A stretch of DNA of 64,000 nucleotides from an uncultured Candidatus Rokubacteria bacterium (lineage in GTDB: Bacteria; Methylomirabilota; Methylomirabilia; Rokubacteriales; DASRDR01): NCBI GenBank assembly GCA_963805625.1, contig CAWDVE010000010.1, forward strand, positions 1,664,001-1,728,000. The letters run 5' to 3'. How positions within the stretch are numbered: the stretch's first letter is position 1; every line of letters starts with the position of its first letter. Shown here piece after piece: positions 1 through 10,229 of this stretch. Below the pieces are notes generated by a model. The model saw only the letters and a program-made list of their open reading frames with translations, searched no databases and was not told the origin of the DNA. Position numbers and translations under genes: made by a program.

Positions 1-2350
1 CGCCCACACGAACGCCCCGGGCTCCCGCCACGCGAAGCGCTGGCAGGACGTCACGGAGCTGCTGGCCGCCGGGATCGACGTCTACACGACCCTGAACGTC
101 CAGCACCTCGAGAGCCTGAACGACGTCGTCGCGCGGGTGACGGAGGTGCCGACGCGGGAGACGGTCCCCGACTCGATCCTCGAAGAGGCGGCCGAGGTCG
201 AGCTGGTCGATCTTCCCCCCGACGACCTGATCCAGCGCCTCAAGGAAGGGAAGGTCTACTTCCCCGAGCAAGCCGGTGAGGCCGTGCGCCGCTTCTTCCG
301 AAAGGGCAACCTCATCGCCCTCCGGGAGCTGGCACTCCGGACCACCGCGGCACGAGTCGACGCCCAGATGGAGGTGTATCGGCGCGACCACGCCGTGCCG
401 GGGACCTGGCCGGTGGCCGAGCGCATCCTGGTCTGCGTCAGCCCGAGCCCATTGGCCGCGCGCGTCGTCCGCGCGGCCCGGCGAATGGCGGCCGGGATGC
501 ACGCCGAGTGGGTGGTCGTCAACGTGGAGACGCCGGCCACCGCCCACCCCGCGAACGCGGACCACGACCGCGTCGTCCAGACTCTCCGCCTCGCCGAGCA
601 GCTCGGCGCCGAGACCGCCACTCTGTCGGGGCATGACGTCGCCGCGGAGGTGCTGGCCTACGCGCGCCGCCGCAACGTGACGCGCATCGTTCTCGGCAAG
701 CCGGCGCGACCGCGCTGGCGGGAAATTCTGTTCGGCTCGGTGGTCAACGAGCTGGTCCGGCGGAGCGGCGACATCGACGTCTACGTCATCACCGGAGAGC
801 GCGAGGGGCCGCAGCCGCCCGCAGCGGAGCGGCCGGCGCCGCCCATCGACTGGGCCGGTCACGCCAAGGCCGTGGGAATCGTGGCGGCCTGCACCGGACT
901 GGCCGCGCTCATGTTCCCCCGATTCGCCCCCGCCAATCTCATCATGGTGTACCTCCTCGGCACCGTGCTGGCTGCCTGGCGTCTCGGCCGAGCACCTTCG
1001 ATCCTCGTGTCCGTCCTCAGCGTGGCGGCCTTCGACTTCTTCTTCGTCACTCCCTACTTGACCTTCGCGGTGTCCGACACGCAGTACCTCGTCACGTTCG
1101 CCGTCATGCTGGCCGTGGCGGTCGTGATCAGCACGCTCACCACACGCGTCCGGGCGCAGGCGGAGGCCTCGCGCCAGCGCGAGCGCCGGACCGCCGCCCT
1201 CTACTCGATGACCCGCGATCTGGTCAGTCAGCAGGGTCTGGACGAGCTACTGCGGGCGGCGACGCGCCACATCGCCGAAGTGTTCGGAAGCCGGGTGGCA
1301 GTATACCTCCCCGGCCCCGACGGCCAGCTCGTCCGGCGGGCGGGCGAGCTCGCCGCCGGGTCTGGAGACGCCAACGAACTCGGCGTCGCCCGGTGGGTGC
1401 AGGAGCATGGCCAGATGGCCGGCCGCGGGAGCGCGACCCTCCCCGGCGCGCGGGCACTCTATCTGCCCCTCCTTGCCGCACGCGGTACAGTCGGGGTCCT
1501 CGGAGTCGAGACCACGGCCGAGACCCTGGCGACGCCCGAGCAGCTCCATCTGCTCGAGACTATCGCTGCGCAGGCGGCCCTGGCCATCGAGCGCGTGGCG
1601 CTGGTAGACGAGGCCCAGCAGGCCAGCATCCGGTCCGAGACGGAACGGCTTCGGAACTCGCTGCTGAGCGCCGTGTCCCACGACCTCCGCACACCCCTCG
1701 CCACCATCACCGGATCGGCCAGCGCTCTCGTGGAGCAGGAGGCAGGACTGGACGCGGCAGCGCGGCGCGAGCTGGCCCAGGCGATCCAGGAGGAAGCCGA
1801 GCGCCTGAATCGCCTCGTGCACAACCTCCTCGAGATGACGCGTCTCGAGTCCGGCGGCATCCGCGTGCGCAAGGACTGGGAACCCCTGGAAGAGGTGGTC
1901 GGGAGCGCCCTGGCGCGCGTGGAGAAGCGCCTCGGCGCGCGCCGCGTCGACATCCAGCTGGCTCCCGACTTGCCGCTGGTGCCGCTCGATCCCCTGCTCA
2001 TCGAGCAGGTGCTGATCAACCTGCTCGACAACGCCATCAAGTACGCGCCCGGCGACACGCCGATCGAGATCTCGGCCTCCGCCGACGAGCACGCCGTGCG
2101 CGTGACCGTCGCGGACCGGGGGCCGGGGTTCGCGCCGGGCGAGGAAACGCGCGTCTTCGACAAGTTCTACCGGGGGCAGGAGGCGGGAGCGCGCAGCGGG
2201 GCGGGTCTCGGTCTCGCCATCGCGCGGGGCATCGTCGAGGTCCACGGCGGCGAGATCACGGCGGAGCCGCGCCCGGGCGGCGGGGCCCTGTTCCGGTTCA
2301 CCCTGCCGCTGGCGGCGAAGCCCCCGGAGATCCGGTCGGACGATGGCTGA
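1..2350 (+). CDS. kdpD: Sensor histidine kinase KdpD (5' end lies outside the window)
   Basis: Frame open from nt 2: AHTNAPGSRHAKRWQDVTELL...TTLNVQHLESLND (KdpD domain), then Usp domain, TM segments, GAF, SHDLRTPL HisKA and HATPase; overlaps kdpE. Confidence 0.97.
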   Translation, partial: AHTNAPGSRHAKRWQDVTELLAAGIDVYTTLNVQHLESLNDVVARVTEVPTRETVPDSILEEAAEVELVDLPPDDLIQRLKEGKVYFPEQAGEAVRRFFRKGNLIALRELALRTTAARVDAQMEVYRRDHAVPGTWPVAERILVCVSPSPLAARVVRAARRMAAGMHAEWVVVNVETPATAHPANADHDRVVQTLRLAEQLGAETATLSGHDVAAEVLAYARRRNVTRIVLGKPARPRWREILFGSVVNELVRRSGDIDVYVITGEREGPQPPAAERPAPPIDWAGHAKAVGIVAACTGLAALMFPRFAPANLIMVYLLGTVLAAWRLGRAPSILVSVLSVAAFDFFFVTPYLTFAVSDTQYLVTFAVMLAVAVVISTLTTRVRAQAEASRQRERRTAALYSMTRDLVSQQGLDELLRAATRHIAEVFGSRVAVYLPGPDGQLVRRAGELAAGSGDANELGVARWVQEHGQMAGRGSATLPGARALYLPLLAARGTVGVLGVETTAETLATPEQLHLLETIAAQAALAIERVALVDEAQQASIRSETERLRNSLLSAVSHDLRTPLATITGSASALVEQEAGLDAAARRELAQAIQEEAERLNRLVHNLLEMTRLESGGIRVRKDWEPLEEVVGSALARVEKRLGARRVDIQLAPDLPLVPLDPLLIEQVLINLLDNAIKYAPGDTPIEISASADEHAVRVTVADRGPGFAPGEETRVFDKFYRGQEAGARSGAGLGLAIARGIVEVHGGEITAEPRPGGGALFRFTLPLAAKPPEIRSDDG

Positions 2351-3074
2351 GAACGAGAGCGGCCGCGAGCATCCGCGTTCGCCGACCGCCGGCCCGGTGG
2401 TGCTGGTCATCGAGGACGAGCCGCCGATCCGACGCTTCCTCCGTCCCACGCTCACGAGCCAGGGCTATCGCATCGTCGAGGCCGAGACCGGGGAGGACGG
2501 CCTGCTGCAGGCAGCGACCCGGCAGCCCGACCTCGTGATCCTCGACCTCGGGCTTCCCGACCTGGATGGTCTCCAGGTCATCCGCCGGCTGCGCGAGTGG
2601 ACCACGGTGCCGATCATCGTCCTCTCCGCCCGCGGGGCGGAGGCGGACAAGGTTGCCGCCCTGGACGCCGGTGCGGACGACTACGTGGCCAAGCCCTTCG
2701 CCGTGGGCGAGCTTCTCGCGCGCGCACGCGTCGCCCTGCGGCACGCCACGCTCGGGCGCGAGCCCGGCGAGTCCACGTTCGAGGCCGGGGGCCTCCGCGT
2801 GGACCTCGCGCGGCGAAGGGTCTGGCTCGGCGAGGCCGAGGTGCGTCTCACGCCCATCGAGTACCGCCTCCTCGCCGTCCTCGTCCGCCACGCCGGGAAG
2901 GTGCTCACGCACCGGCAGCTATTGCAGGAGGTCTGGGGCCCCGGGCAGGTCGAGCAGACGCACTACCTGCGCGTGTACATGGCGAACCTCCGCCGGAAGC
3001 TCGAGGCGGATCCGGCGCGCCCGCGCCTGCTGCGGACGGAGCCGGGAGTGGGCTACCGCCTACTCACCGAGTGA
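2343..3074 (+). CDS. kdpE: OmpR-family response regulator KdpE
   Basis: Receiver (IEDE, LDLGLPD, DDYVAKPF) plus winged helix (HYLRVYMANLRRKLE...TEPGVGYR); coupled to kdpD. Confidence 0.96.
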   Translation: MAENESGREHPRSPTAGPVVLVIEDEPPIRRFLRPTLTSQGYRIVEAETGEDGLLQAATRQPDLVILDLGLPDLDGLQVIRRLREWTTVPIIVLSARGAEADKVAALDAGADDYVAKPFAVGELLARARVALRHATLGREPGESTFEAGGLRVDLARRRVWLGEAEVRLTPIEYRLLAVLVRHAGKVLTHRQLLQEVWGPGQVEQTHYLRVYMANLRRKLEADPARPRLLRTEPGVGYRLLTE

Positions 3075-3086
3075 GGCGCGTCGGCC

Positions 3087-4031
3087 TCAGCCCGAGCCGC
3101 CGCCCAACCCGCTGAAGGTCGCGGCGCGCACGCGCAGGACCGCATAGAGGAGGTCGTAGACAGGCGTGGGCACGGAGAGGCGCCGGCCGAGCCGGACGAC
3201 GGCGCCGGTGATCTCCTCCAGCTCGACCCGGCGACCGCGCTCGAAATCGAGCTGCATCGAGGTCCTCATGTCCGCGGGGAGAGTCTGGATCAGGGCGACG
3301 GCGGTCTCGACGGCGTCGGCCGGGAGGGTCGCGCCGGCCCCCCGGCCGACGGCGACGGTCTCGGCGATGAGGGCGCGGTAGAGCGCAGCGCCTTCCGGGG
3401 TGCTCCGGACCTGACCGATCGTCGCTCGGCACGCGGTCGCGAGCGTCGCACCGGGCGCCAGACGGATGAACTTCTCCCAGACCGTCCGGCGAACGTCGGT
3501 CGTCACGCGGACCTCGACTCCGGTGTCCCGGAGGGCGGCCGCGACCGACTCCAGACGCGGGGTGACCTCGCCGGATGGCTCCCCGAGCTCGATGCGCCGG
3601 ATGGGGTTCGTCTGGTCGATGACTCCCGGCTCGGCGATGGTCGTCGCGATCAGCGTCGTCCCGACCAGAACGCGATCCGCCCCGAGGACGGCGCCCAGAC
3701 GGTCTCCGCTCTCGACCCCGTTCTGGAGGGTGAGGACGGTGGTCTGCGCGCCCACCACCGGCCGGAGGCCGAGGGCCGCCGGCTCCGTGTCGTACCCCTT
3801 GACGGTGAACAGCACGAGGTCGAAACGGCCGCCCGCCTCGGCCGGGTCGGCGACGGCGTGGACCGGGTGCAGGACCGTCGAGCGTCCCCCGCTCCGGATC
3901 GTGAGGCCGCGCGCTCGGAGCGCGTCGAGATGCGCGCCGCGAGCGACGAACGTGACCGCATGGCCGCGCTCGGCGAGCGCCGCGCCGTAGAAGCCACCCA
4001 CGGCGCCGGCGCCCATCACGAGCACTCGCAC
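3087..4031 (-). CDS. panE: 2-dehydropantoate 2-reductase (ketopantoate reductase) family
   Basis: RVLVMGAGAVGG Rossmann start at GTG 4031; TVKGYD, LQNG, WEKF, SMQLD...ELEEITG motifs. Confidence 0.9.
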   Translation of the reverse strand: MRVLVMGAGAVGGFYGAALAERGHAVTFVARGAHLDALRARGLTIRSGGRSTVLHPVHAVADPAEAGGRFDLVLFTVKGYDTEPAALGLRPVVGAQTTVLTLQNGVESGDRLGAVLGADRVLVGTTLIATTIAEPGVIDQTNPIRRIELGEPSGEVTPRLESVAAALRDTGVEVRVTTDVRRTVWEKFIRLAPGATLATACRATIGQVRSTPEGAALYRALIAETVAVGRGAGATLPADAVETAVALIQTLPADMRTSMQLDFERGRRVELEEITGAVVRLGRRLSVPTPVYDLLYAVLRVRAATFSGLGGGSG

Positions 4032-4051
4032 GGGGGAGGGAGCCGGCGAGC

Positions 4052-5038
4052 CTACAGGCCGAACAGCCGTTGGGCGTTGCGGCCGCGGACGGCGTCCCGC
4101 TGCCCGGCCGGCAGCGCGTCCACCCGGGCCAGGCAGCCCTTCATGTCTCCGATGTTGTGGGGATAGTCGGAGCCGTAGAGGACGCGATCGGCCCCGCCGA
4201 CGTCGATGCACATGGCAAGGGCATCCGAGCGGTACGTGACGGAGTCGTAGTAGAGGCGCCGCATGTACTCGCTCGGAGGCGTCGACGTCTTCGTCCGGGC
4301 GGCGTTCATCTTGTCGAAGCACTGATCGAGTCGCCCGACGAGATACGGGAGGGCTCCGCCCGCGTGCGAGACGATCAGCTTCACGTCAGGGTAGCGGTCC
4401 AGGAAGCCGTCGAACATGAGACGCGCGATCGCAAGGCTGGTGTCGAACATGAAACCGATGCTCGCGATCAGGTTGAATTCCCTGAGGGCCATGTCGGGCG
4501 TTCCCGGCGGCGCCGTCGGATGCACCAAGACGGGGAGCGCGCGCCGGTCGATCGCCGCCCACACCGGCCCGAACAGTGGGTCGGTGAGGGGCCGGCCGGC
4601 GATGTTCGCCAGCACCATGACGCCCACCGCGCCCCGGTCAGTGGCTCGCGCCAGCTCGGTCACGGCCACCTCGGGGTGCTCCCAGGGGAGCGAGCAGAGC
4701 CAGCGAATGCGCGACGGATACGCGAGCTGGGCGCCCGCCATGTCGTCGTTGACGACCTGCGCGGCCTTGAGGCTCACGTCGCGGCCGCCCCAGTACACGT
4801 TCGGGCACGTGAGCGAGATGATCGCCAGATCGACGCCTGCCTCGTCCATCTGACGGATGCGATACGGGTAGTCGAAGTGCCCCGGCTGAGGCGTCATGAA
4901 GGGAGCGCCGTCGAGAAAGATGCCCTCCGGCGCGTCCAGGCTCTTCCGGAGCTCGTAGCGGGGCCGACCGTGAGCGCGCAGGAGCTCCAGCCAGTCACGG
5001 TTCAGCATGTGGGTGTGTACGTCGATCGCGGGCGTCAT
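4052..5038 (-). CDS. Amidohydrolase_2 family protein (ACMSD-like decarboxylase/hydratase)
   Basis: DVHTH, VLVHP, SHAGG, YYDS, LYGSDYPH motifs. Confidence 0.9.
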   Translation of the reverse strand: MTPAIDVHTHMLNRDWLELLRAHGRPRYELRKSLDAPEGIFLDGAPFMTPQPGHFDYPYRIRQMDEAGVDLAIISLTCPNVYWGGRDVSLKAAQVVNDDMAGAQLAYPSRIRWLCSLPWEHPEVAVTELARATDRGAVGVMVLANIAGRPLTDPLFGPVWAAIDRRALPVLVHPTAPPGTPDMALREFNLIASIGFMFDTSLAIARLMFDGFLDRYPDVKLIVSHAGGALPYLVGRLDQCFDKMNAARTKTSTPPSEYMRRLYYDSVTYRSDALAMCIDVGGADRVLYGSDYPHNIGDMKGCLARVDALPAGQRDAVRGRNAQRLFGL

Positions 5039-5225
5039 GCGCGCTCCTCCATCACCGACACGTTTGGGTCTGCGAGGTGCCCGTCCGGACGACCGAGACG
5101 AGGGAAACCCGCACGGAGAGCCTTGTCAAGAGGCGGGAGCGCGGCGAGCCGGGCGGTCTGCCGGAGCGCTCAGCTCGCCTCGACGTCGAGATCCGTGCGG
5201 TCGATGTCGTCGATGGCGGCGCAGC

Positions 5226-5426
5226 TCACGGAAGGTGCGAATGCAGACGAGGGGTGACCCTGGCTGTTCTGGAGCGAGTTGCCGAAGTCGAAGTTGGAGA
5301 AGGGAGCGACCTCGAACTCGGCGGTCTCACGCTCGAGAACCCCTTCGAGCTCGAATCGCCCTCGCAACCGGCGAGAAGAAGCGCCGCCAATCCTGCCATC
5401 ACCGCACCGCCCAGCCAGTACCGCAT
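5226..5426 (-). CDS. Possible small lipoprotein or its remnant
   Basis: RBS GAGGAG, then MRYWLGGAVMAGLAALLLAGC with an LAGC lipobox; short low-complexity remainder. Confidence 0.4.
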   Translation of the reverse strand: MRYWLGGAVMAGLAALLLAGCEGDSSSKGFSSVRPPSSRSLPSPTSTSATRSRTARVTPRLHSHLP

Positions 5427-5552
5427 CTGTCTCCTCTTCGGGTCGTCCGGGTGTCTTCTATCGCTCCAGGAACGCCACATCAAGGCGACATCGGGTCGCC
5501 GAGTCGTCATCCTGTCGTGAGCGGCGGCCGCCAAGACATCACGTCGGCAAGC

Positions 5553-5576
5553 AACCCGAAAAACCCGAAAAACCCC
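5553..5576. repeat. 9-bp tandem direct repeat AACCCGAAA x2 plus partial copy
   Basis: aacccgaaa|aacccgaaa|aacccc in a divergent intergenic region. Confidence 0.75.
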
Positions 5577-5760
5577 AGATCCAGATTTTCCCGGAATGCA
5601 TCTCGGGAGGGCTGTCCACGCCGCGACTCTTCCCCGTTAGATTTCGCGAATGCTCCGCCTTCGTGGCGCCAGACTCCGTCACCGTGTCGTCCGCACGCCA
5701 GCCTGTCGGGGACGACGCAGTGGCGGTCTCCTTTCCTCCCACCTTCGCCCTGGCGGCCAC

Positions 5761-5776
5761 CGGCACAACCCTTGCT
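5761..5776 (+). promoter_or_regulatory. Putative sigma-54 -24/-12 promoter
   Basis: CGGCAC-AACCC-TTGCT fits TGGCAC-N5-TTGCW, directly upstream of the CBS gene. Confidence 0.6.
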
Positions 5777-5788
5777 CCGATGGAGAAC

Positions 5789-6339
5789 ATGACTCACATG
5801 GCCCGGTCCGATCCACGCGGCGCGACGGCCGAGTACCACGACGAGTACTCGGAGATCCTCGGAACGGAGTTCCGCAAGCTGCAGGACGCTTTCCTCAGCG
5901 ACACCGTGAGTCTGCTCGCCACGCGTGAGCCCATCCGACTCCCCGAGACCGCGCGCATCGAGGAGGCCCTCGAGGCAATGCTGGCGGAGGACCACGTGGC
6001 AGTGGTCGTGATCGACGAGGAGGGACGGCTCTCTGGTATCGCCACCGACCGGGATTTGCTGAAGTGGGTTCGCGCGACCGATCGCGATCCGGGTCCGACA
6101 CGCCTCAGGGCGGTGATGACGGGGGACCCGGAGGCCATCGGGCCGGACGATCGGATCTGCTCCGCATGATGGCGATGAGCTGTCGCACCGTGCCGCTCGT
6201 CGACGGGGAGCGACATCCCATGGGGATCGTGACCGTGGAGGACATCGCCAAGTGGCTGGCCGTGCTCGTCCCGGAGCCCATCCTCAACCTGCGGCCGGGA
6301 GACTGGCTGAAGCGACCGGTGGAGCGGGACGGGGGTTAG
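5789..6339 (+). pseudogene. CBS-pair protein, frameshifted near 6165
   Basis: CBS1 (VVVIDEEGRLSGIATDRDLL) ends DDRICSA*; CBS2 (CRTVPLVDGERHPMGIVTVEDI) continues in another frame. Confidence 0.75.
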
Positions 6340-6441
6340 CACGCTCGCCGGCCGGAACGAAGTATGGTCCTTGCTGGCCAGACACGCGGCGTGGATCGCG
6401 GCGAAGGCCGGGGGACTGCATATACACGTCGAAGAGGAGCC

Positions 6442-6855
6442 ATGACCCGATCTCTCGCTCTCGCGCTGGCAATGGCCGGAATGTTGGGGGTCGCCGGGGC
6501 GAGCCTCACGGAGGCCGCCGGTCCCGTCATCGTGCAGCTGACTCCCCAGAACAACTCCGGTGAGGCGGGGACGGCGACGCTCACCGAGCAGGGGGCGAAG
6601 ACCAAGGTGGTGGTCGGCATCAACGGGGCACCGGCGAGGGTCGCCCAGCCCCTGCACGTTCACAACGGCACCTGCGCCAAGCTCGACCCCAAGCCGGCCT
6701 ACGGACTCACAACCCTGACCGACGGCAAGTCGGAGACGACGATCGACGTGTCGCTGACCGCGCTCCAGACCGGCGAGTTCGCGATCAACGGCCACAAGTC
6801 CGCCCAGGACGCGAACACGTACGTCTTCTGCGGGAACATCCCCGGCTCGTCGTAG
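6442..6855 (+). CDS. Secreted CHRD/Cu,Zn-SOD-fold-like protein
   Basis: RBS GAGGAG, signal peptide, QNNSGEAGTATL, QPLHVHNGTC, INGH, CGNI. Confidence 0.7.
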   Translation: MTRSLALALAMAGMLGVAGASLTEAAGPVIVQLTPQNNSGEAGTATLTEQGAKTKVVVGINGAPARVAQPLHVHNGTCAKLDPKPAYGLTTLTDGKSETTIDVSLTALQTGEFAINGHKSAQDANTYVFCGNIPGSS

Positions 6856-6871
6856 GAAACGCGAGGTAGAA

Positions 6872-7144
6872 ATGGCTCAGAGGGCGAAGACCAAGGACTC
6901 AAAGATTCCGGCGGACAGGCCTGCACGCGACAGCCAGGTCCCGCCTCGCGAGGTAGAGAAGCGTCGCCCCCCCCCGGGCCCTCCGGGGGCCAGTGCCCGA
7001 AAGACGGCCGAAGCGCGACGATCGGAGCCCTCCGAGGACTTCGCCCAGCGCGACATCGAGACCGCCGACGAGCCCGCGGAGCAGCACGATCGCCGTCATC
7101 ACGACCGCGGCGGCCGCGACGTGGAATCCAGCCAGCCCGTGTAG
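6872..7144 (+). CDS. Small hydrophilic hypothetical protein
   Basis: RBS GAGG plus ATG just after the upstream gene; charged and likely disordered. Confidence 0.5.
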   Translation: MAQRAKTKDSKIPADRPARDSQVPPREVEKRRPPPGPPGASARKTAEARRSEPSEDFAQRDIETADEPAEQHDRRHHDRGGRDVESSQPV

Positions 7145-7453
7145 CCAGCCCGCCCCTCGCAGTGCAGTAGCCCCACCCATCATCACGCTGGTTGGGCGCC
7201 GGGACGCCTCGGCGGGCAGCCCCGCCGAGGCGTTGGTCCGCACGGCCGGGTCGATCGACAGTTGGACGATCCGCGCCTCGCGTCGATCGAAGGCTCGACT
7301 GAAATCCTGGCTCCCTCGCCCGGCTCGTGAGCGTGCCCCCACGCGACAGACCCGGTCTCGACTACGCTATGCTGTGCGTGCCGGCCGATTGGGCTCCGGA
7401 GACCGCGCGCCGGTCGGGGCTGGACCACGTCGGATGACCATAGTGGAGGCGCC

Positions 7454-8320
7454 ATGATCGAGCGACGACCGTTCGGACGGACGGGCCATCAGAGCACGGT
7501 GACGCTGTTCGGAGCCGCCGCCCTGGCCCGCGCCAGCCAGGCGGAGGCCGACCGCACGCTGGAGCTGCTGCTCCGCCACGGGGTCAACCACATCGACACG
7601 GCCGCGCGCTACGGCGACTCCGAGCTTCGCATCGGACCGTGGATGGCCCGCCACCGGCGGGACTTCTTCCTCGCGACCAAGACCGGCCAGCGCACCGCGC
7701 GCGAGGCGCGCGAGGACATCCACCGGTCACTCGAGCGGCTTCGGGTCGACCACGTCGATCTGATCCAGCTGCATTCCCTCGGCCATCCGGACGACTGGGA
7801 TCAGGCCATGGGACCGGGTGGCGCCCTCGAAGCCGTGATCGAAGCGCGAGCCCAGGGGCTAGCGCGGTTCATCGGCGTCACCGGCCATGGCTGGACGATC
7901 GCCGCCATGCACCGGCGCAGCCTGACCCGCTTCGACTTCGACGCGGTGCTGCTCCCGTACAACTACTTCATGGCCCAGGACGAGCGCTACCGGAGTGCCT
8001 TCGAGGAGCTCCTGGCGACCTGCCGGGAGCGCCGCGTGGCCGTCCAGGTCATCAAGTCGATCGCGCGCGGGCCGTGGGCCACCACGGAGCGGTCCCACAC
8101 CACCTGGTACCAGCCCCTCGAGGAACAGGGTGACATCGACCGGGCCGTGCACTGGGTGCTCGACGTGCCGAGCGTGTTCCTCAACACCGCGGGCGATCTC
8201 ACCCTGCTGCCGCGCATCCTCGACGCGGCGAGCCGCTTCACGCGCCGGCCGCCGGACGAGGCGATGGGAACGATGCTCGCGTCCACCCGGATGACGTCCC
8301 TGTTCGGGCTCCCCAGCTGA
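7454..8320 (+). CDS. Aldo/keto reductase
   Basis: [39 protein letters not shown]. Confidence 0.93.
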   Translation: MIERRPFGRTGHQSTVTLFGAAALARASQAEADRTLELLLRHGVNHIDTAARYGDSELRIGPWMARHRRDFFLATKTGQRTAREAREDIHRSLERLRVDHVDLIQLHSLGHPDDWDQAMGPGGALEAVIEARAQGLARFIGVTGHGWTIAAMHRRSLTRFDFDAVLLPYNYFMAQDERYRSAFEELLATCRERRVAVQVIKSIARGPWATTERSHTTWYQPLEEQGDIDRAVHWVLDVPSVFLNTAGDLTLLPRILDAASRFTRRPPDEAMGTMLASTRMTSLFGLPS

Positions 8321-8329
8321 CCGGGGCCC

Positions 8330-8774
8330 CCCGCCCGGCGATGAACGCGCGCCAGCGGGTGGCTCTCCCCTGACGCGGCGCCCTCTCTCGGCTCCGCGTC
8401 GGCGATCGGCGGCTCCGGGCCGAGCCCTCCCTCGGTCCACGAGAACGATCGCGACGCGAGCTCGGCCGGCAGGGCCGGTGCGCCCCCGTCCGCCACCTCC
8501 CGCGCGTAGGCGAGCAGCGCCTCGACCAGCTCGGGCGCGTTCATGCGCCGAAACCAGAGCGGCCGCCCGCCCAGATAGAGGAGCATGACGTTCGCCTCGC
8601 TGCACGGACCGAGACACTCGGCGAACGCGAGCCGGACCCGGTCCGCGACGCCCGACGTCTTGTGAAGCCGCCGGGGCGTCGACTTCAGGACTCGGGGCGG
8701 CGCCAGCGGCCACCCCGGTCCGGATGCCCGCAGCAGCACCCGCTGCACGCGAGGATCAGGCCGAGGTCAGGCAT
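8330..8774 (-). pseudogene. Thioredoxin-like (2Fe-2S) ferredoxin (CCCG...CLGPC type), frameshifted near 8710; 3' end approximate
   Basis: ATG 8774: MPDLGLILACSGCCCGHPDRGG; one missing base switches to the frame PLAPPRVLK...ECLGPCSEANV. Confidence 0.65.
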
Positions 8775-8945
8775 GGCCGGCCCGGGCGAGCCGCTCGCGG
8801 CCCTCGGTTCGGTCGCGGCCGAGGATCGCCAGAGCCGTGGCAAGCACGACCCAGAAGATCACCAGCCCCGCCAATGACAGCGCACGGAATGGCCGAACGA
8901 TCGCCTCGGACACCTGCACCGGGTCAGGGTTCGATAACAAAGCCC
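8767..8945 (-). pseudogene. C-terminal remnant of a CbtA-like cobalt transporter subunit
   Basis: NPDPVQVSEAIVRPFRALSLAGLVIFWVVLA...GHA*; stop overlaps the ferredoxin ATG (ATGCCTGA); no N-terminus. Confidence 0.5.
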
Positions 8946-9137
8946 CAGGAACGCGTCAAGGCGGCATCGCCCCGTCCGTCATCGACCGGCGATGCGCCGG
9001 TGACGCAGAACGCGAGCTCCATGGATTCGACAAGGCAGAGTAAACTGAGGCAGACGGCCGCGCCTGGTCCCACTGGCGGGATCGACGAGCGGGCCGGGGC
9101 CCGGAACGACGCGGCTCACGAGCGGAGGATCGACGGC

Positions 9138-10025
9138 ATGCTCACCAAGGACCAGATTCAGGCCTACAGGACGGACGGCTACCTGTTGGTCGAGAACGTG
9201 CTGAGCGCGCGGGAGCTCGCGACACTGCGCCAGGTCACCGACGACCTGGTGGCGGCATCTCACGCGGTCACCGAGCACAACCACATCTACGACCTGGAGC
9301 CGACCCACACACCCCAGGAGCCGCGGGTGCGCCGGATCAAGGAGCCGCACAACGTCCACCCGGCCTACCGGGAGATCGCCTTCAGCAAGAAGATCGCAGA
9401 GATCCTGACCCCGCTGATGGGCCCCTCTGGCATCCGGTACCAGACCGGCAAGCTGAACATGAAGGCAGCCGGCTACGGAGCGGCGGTGGAGTGGCATCAG
9501 GACTGGGCGTTCTATCCCCACACCAACGACGACCTGCTGGCGATCGGGCTCTATTTCGACGACTGCGGGCCGGACAACGGGCCGCTGATGGTGATCCCGG
9601 GCAGCCACCGATGGCCGATCTCCGATCACCACAGCGGCGGCGTGTTCTGCGGCGCGATCGACCCCATCACCGCCGGCATCGACTTCTCGAAGGCCGTGAT
9701 GCTGACCGGCAAGGCCGGCAGTATGACCATCCACCATGTCCGGATGGTTCACGGCTCGGCGCTGAACACCTCCGGCCGGCCGCGGCGCCTGCTGCTGTTC
9801 CAGTACACCGCGGTCGACGCCTTCCCGCTCCTGGGCATCCCGGACTGGGAGCAGTTCAACGCCAACATCGTGACCGGCGAGCCGACCGTGGAGCCCCGGC
9901 TGACCCCGGTGCCCGTGCGGATCCCGCTGCCGGTCGCGCCCTTCGCGGGATCCATCTACGAGAATCAGCGCTCGCTGGGCAACCGGTACTTCGAGGTCTA
10001 CGAGGAGACGCAGAAGACCGTCTAA
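9138..10025 (+). CDS. Phytanoyl-CoA dioxygenase (PhyH) family Fe(II)/2OG oxygenase
   Basis: WHQDWAFYP, NGPLMVIPGSH, VHGSALNTSGRPRR; RBS GGAGG before ATG 9138. Confidence 0.92.
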   Translation: MLTKDQIQAYRTDGYLLVENVLSARELATLRQVTDDLVAASHAVTEHNHIYDLEPTHTPQEPRVRRIKEPHNVHPAYREIAFSKKIAEILTPLMGPSGIRYQTGKLNMKAAGYGAAVEWHQDWAFYPHTNDDLLAIGLYFDDCGPDNGPLMVIPGSHRWPISDHHSGGVFCGAIDPITAGIDFSKAVMLTGKAGSMTIHHVRMVHGSALNTSGRPRRLLLFQYTAVDAFPLLGIPDWEQFNANIVTGEPTVEPRLTPVPVRIPLPVAPFAGSIYENQRSLGNRYFEVYEETQKTV

Positions 10026-10131
10026 GCACTCTGAACCTTCGAGCCGCCTGATCAGGACGTTTCGATCACGGCTTCGTGAGTCCCTCGGGCCTCTGCTTGG
10101 GCTGACCCGTACGCCCCGCCGGGCTCGAGGT

Positions 10132-10203
10132 CCCATCGCCTTCTACTTCCTGATGCAGCGCTACTTCGTCAGCGGCGTGACGAGCGGTGCCATCAAGGGC
10201 TGA
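10132..10203 (+). pseudogene. C-terminal tail of a MalG-type sugar ABC permease
   Basis: PIAFYFLMQRYFVSGVTSGAIKG*; compare MQRHLIKGLTFGTLKG* of the intact permease ending at 37660. Confidence 0.75.
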
Positions 10204-10229
10204 CGTCCACCAAGAAGGAGCCCGACCCG

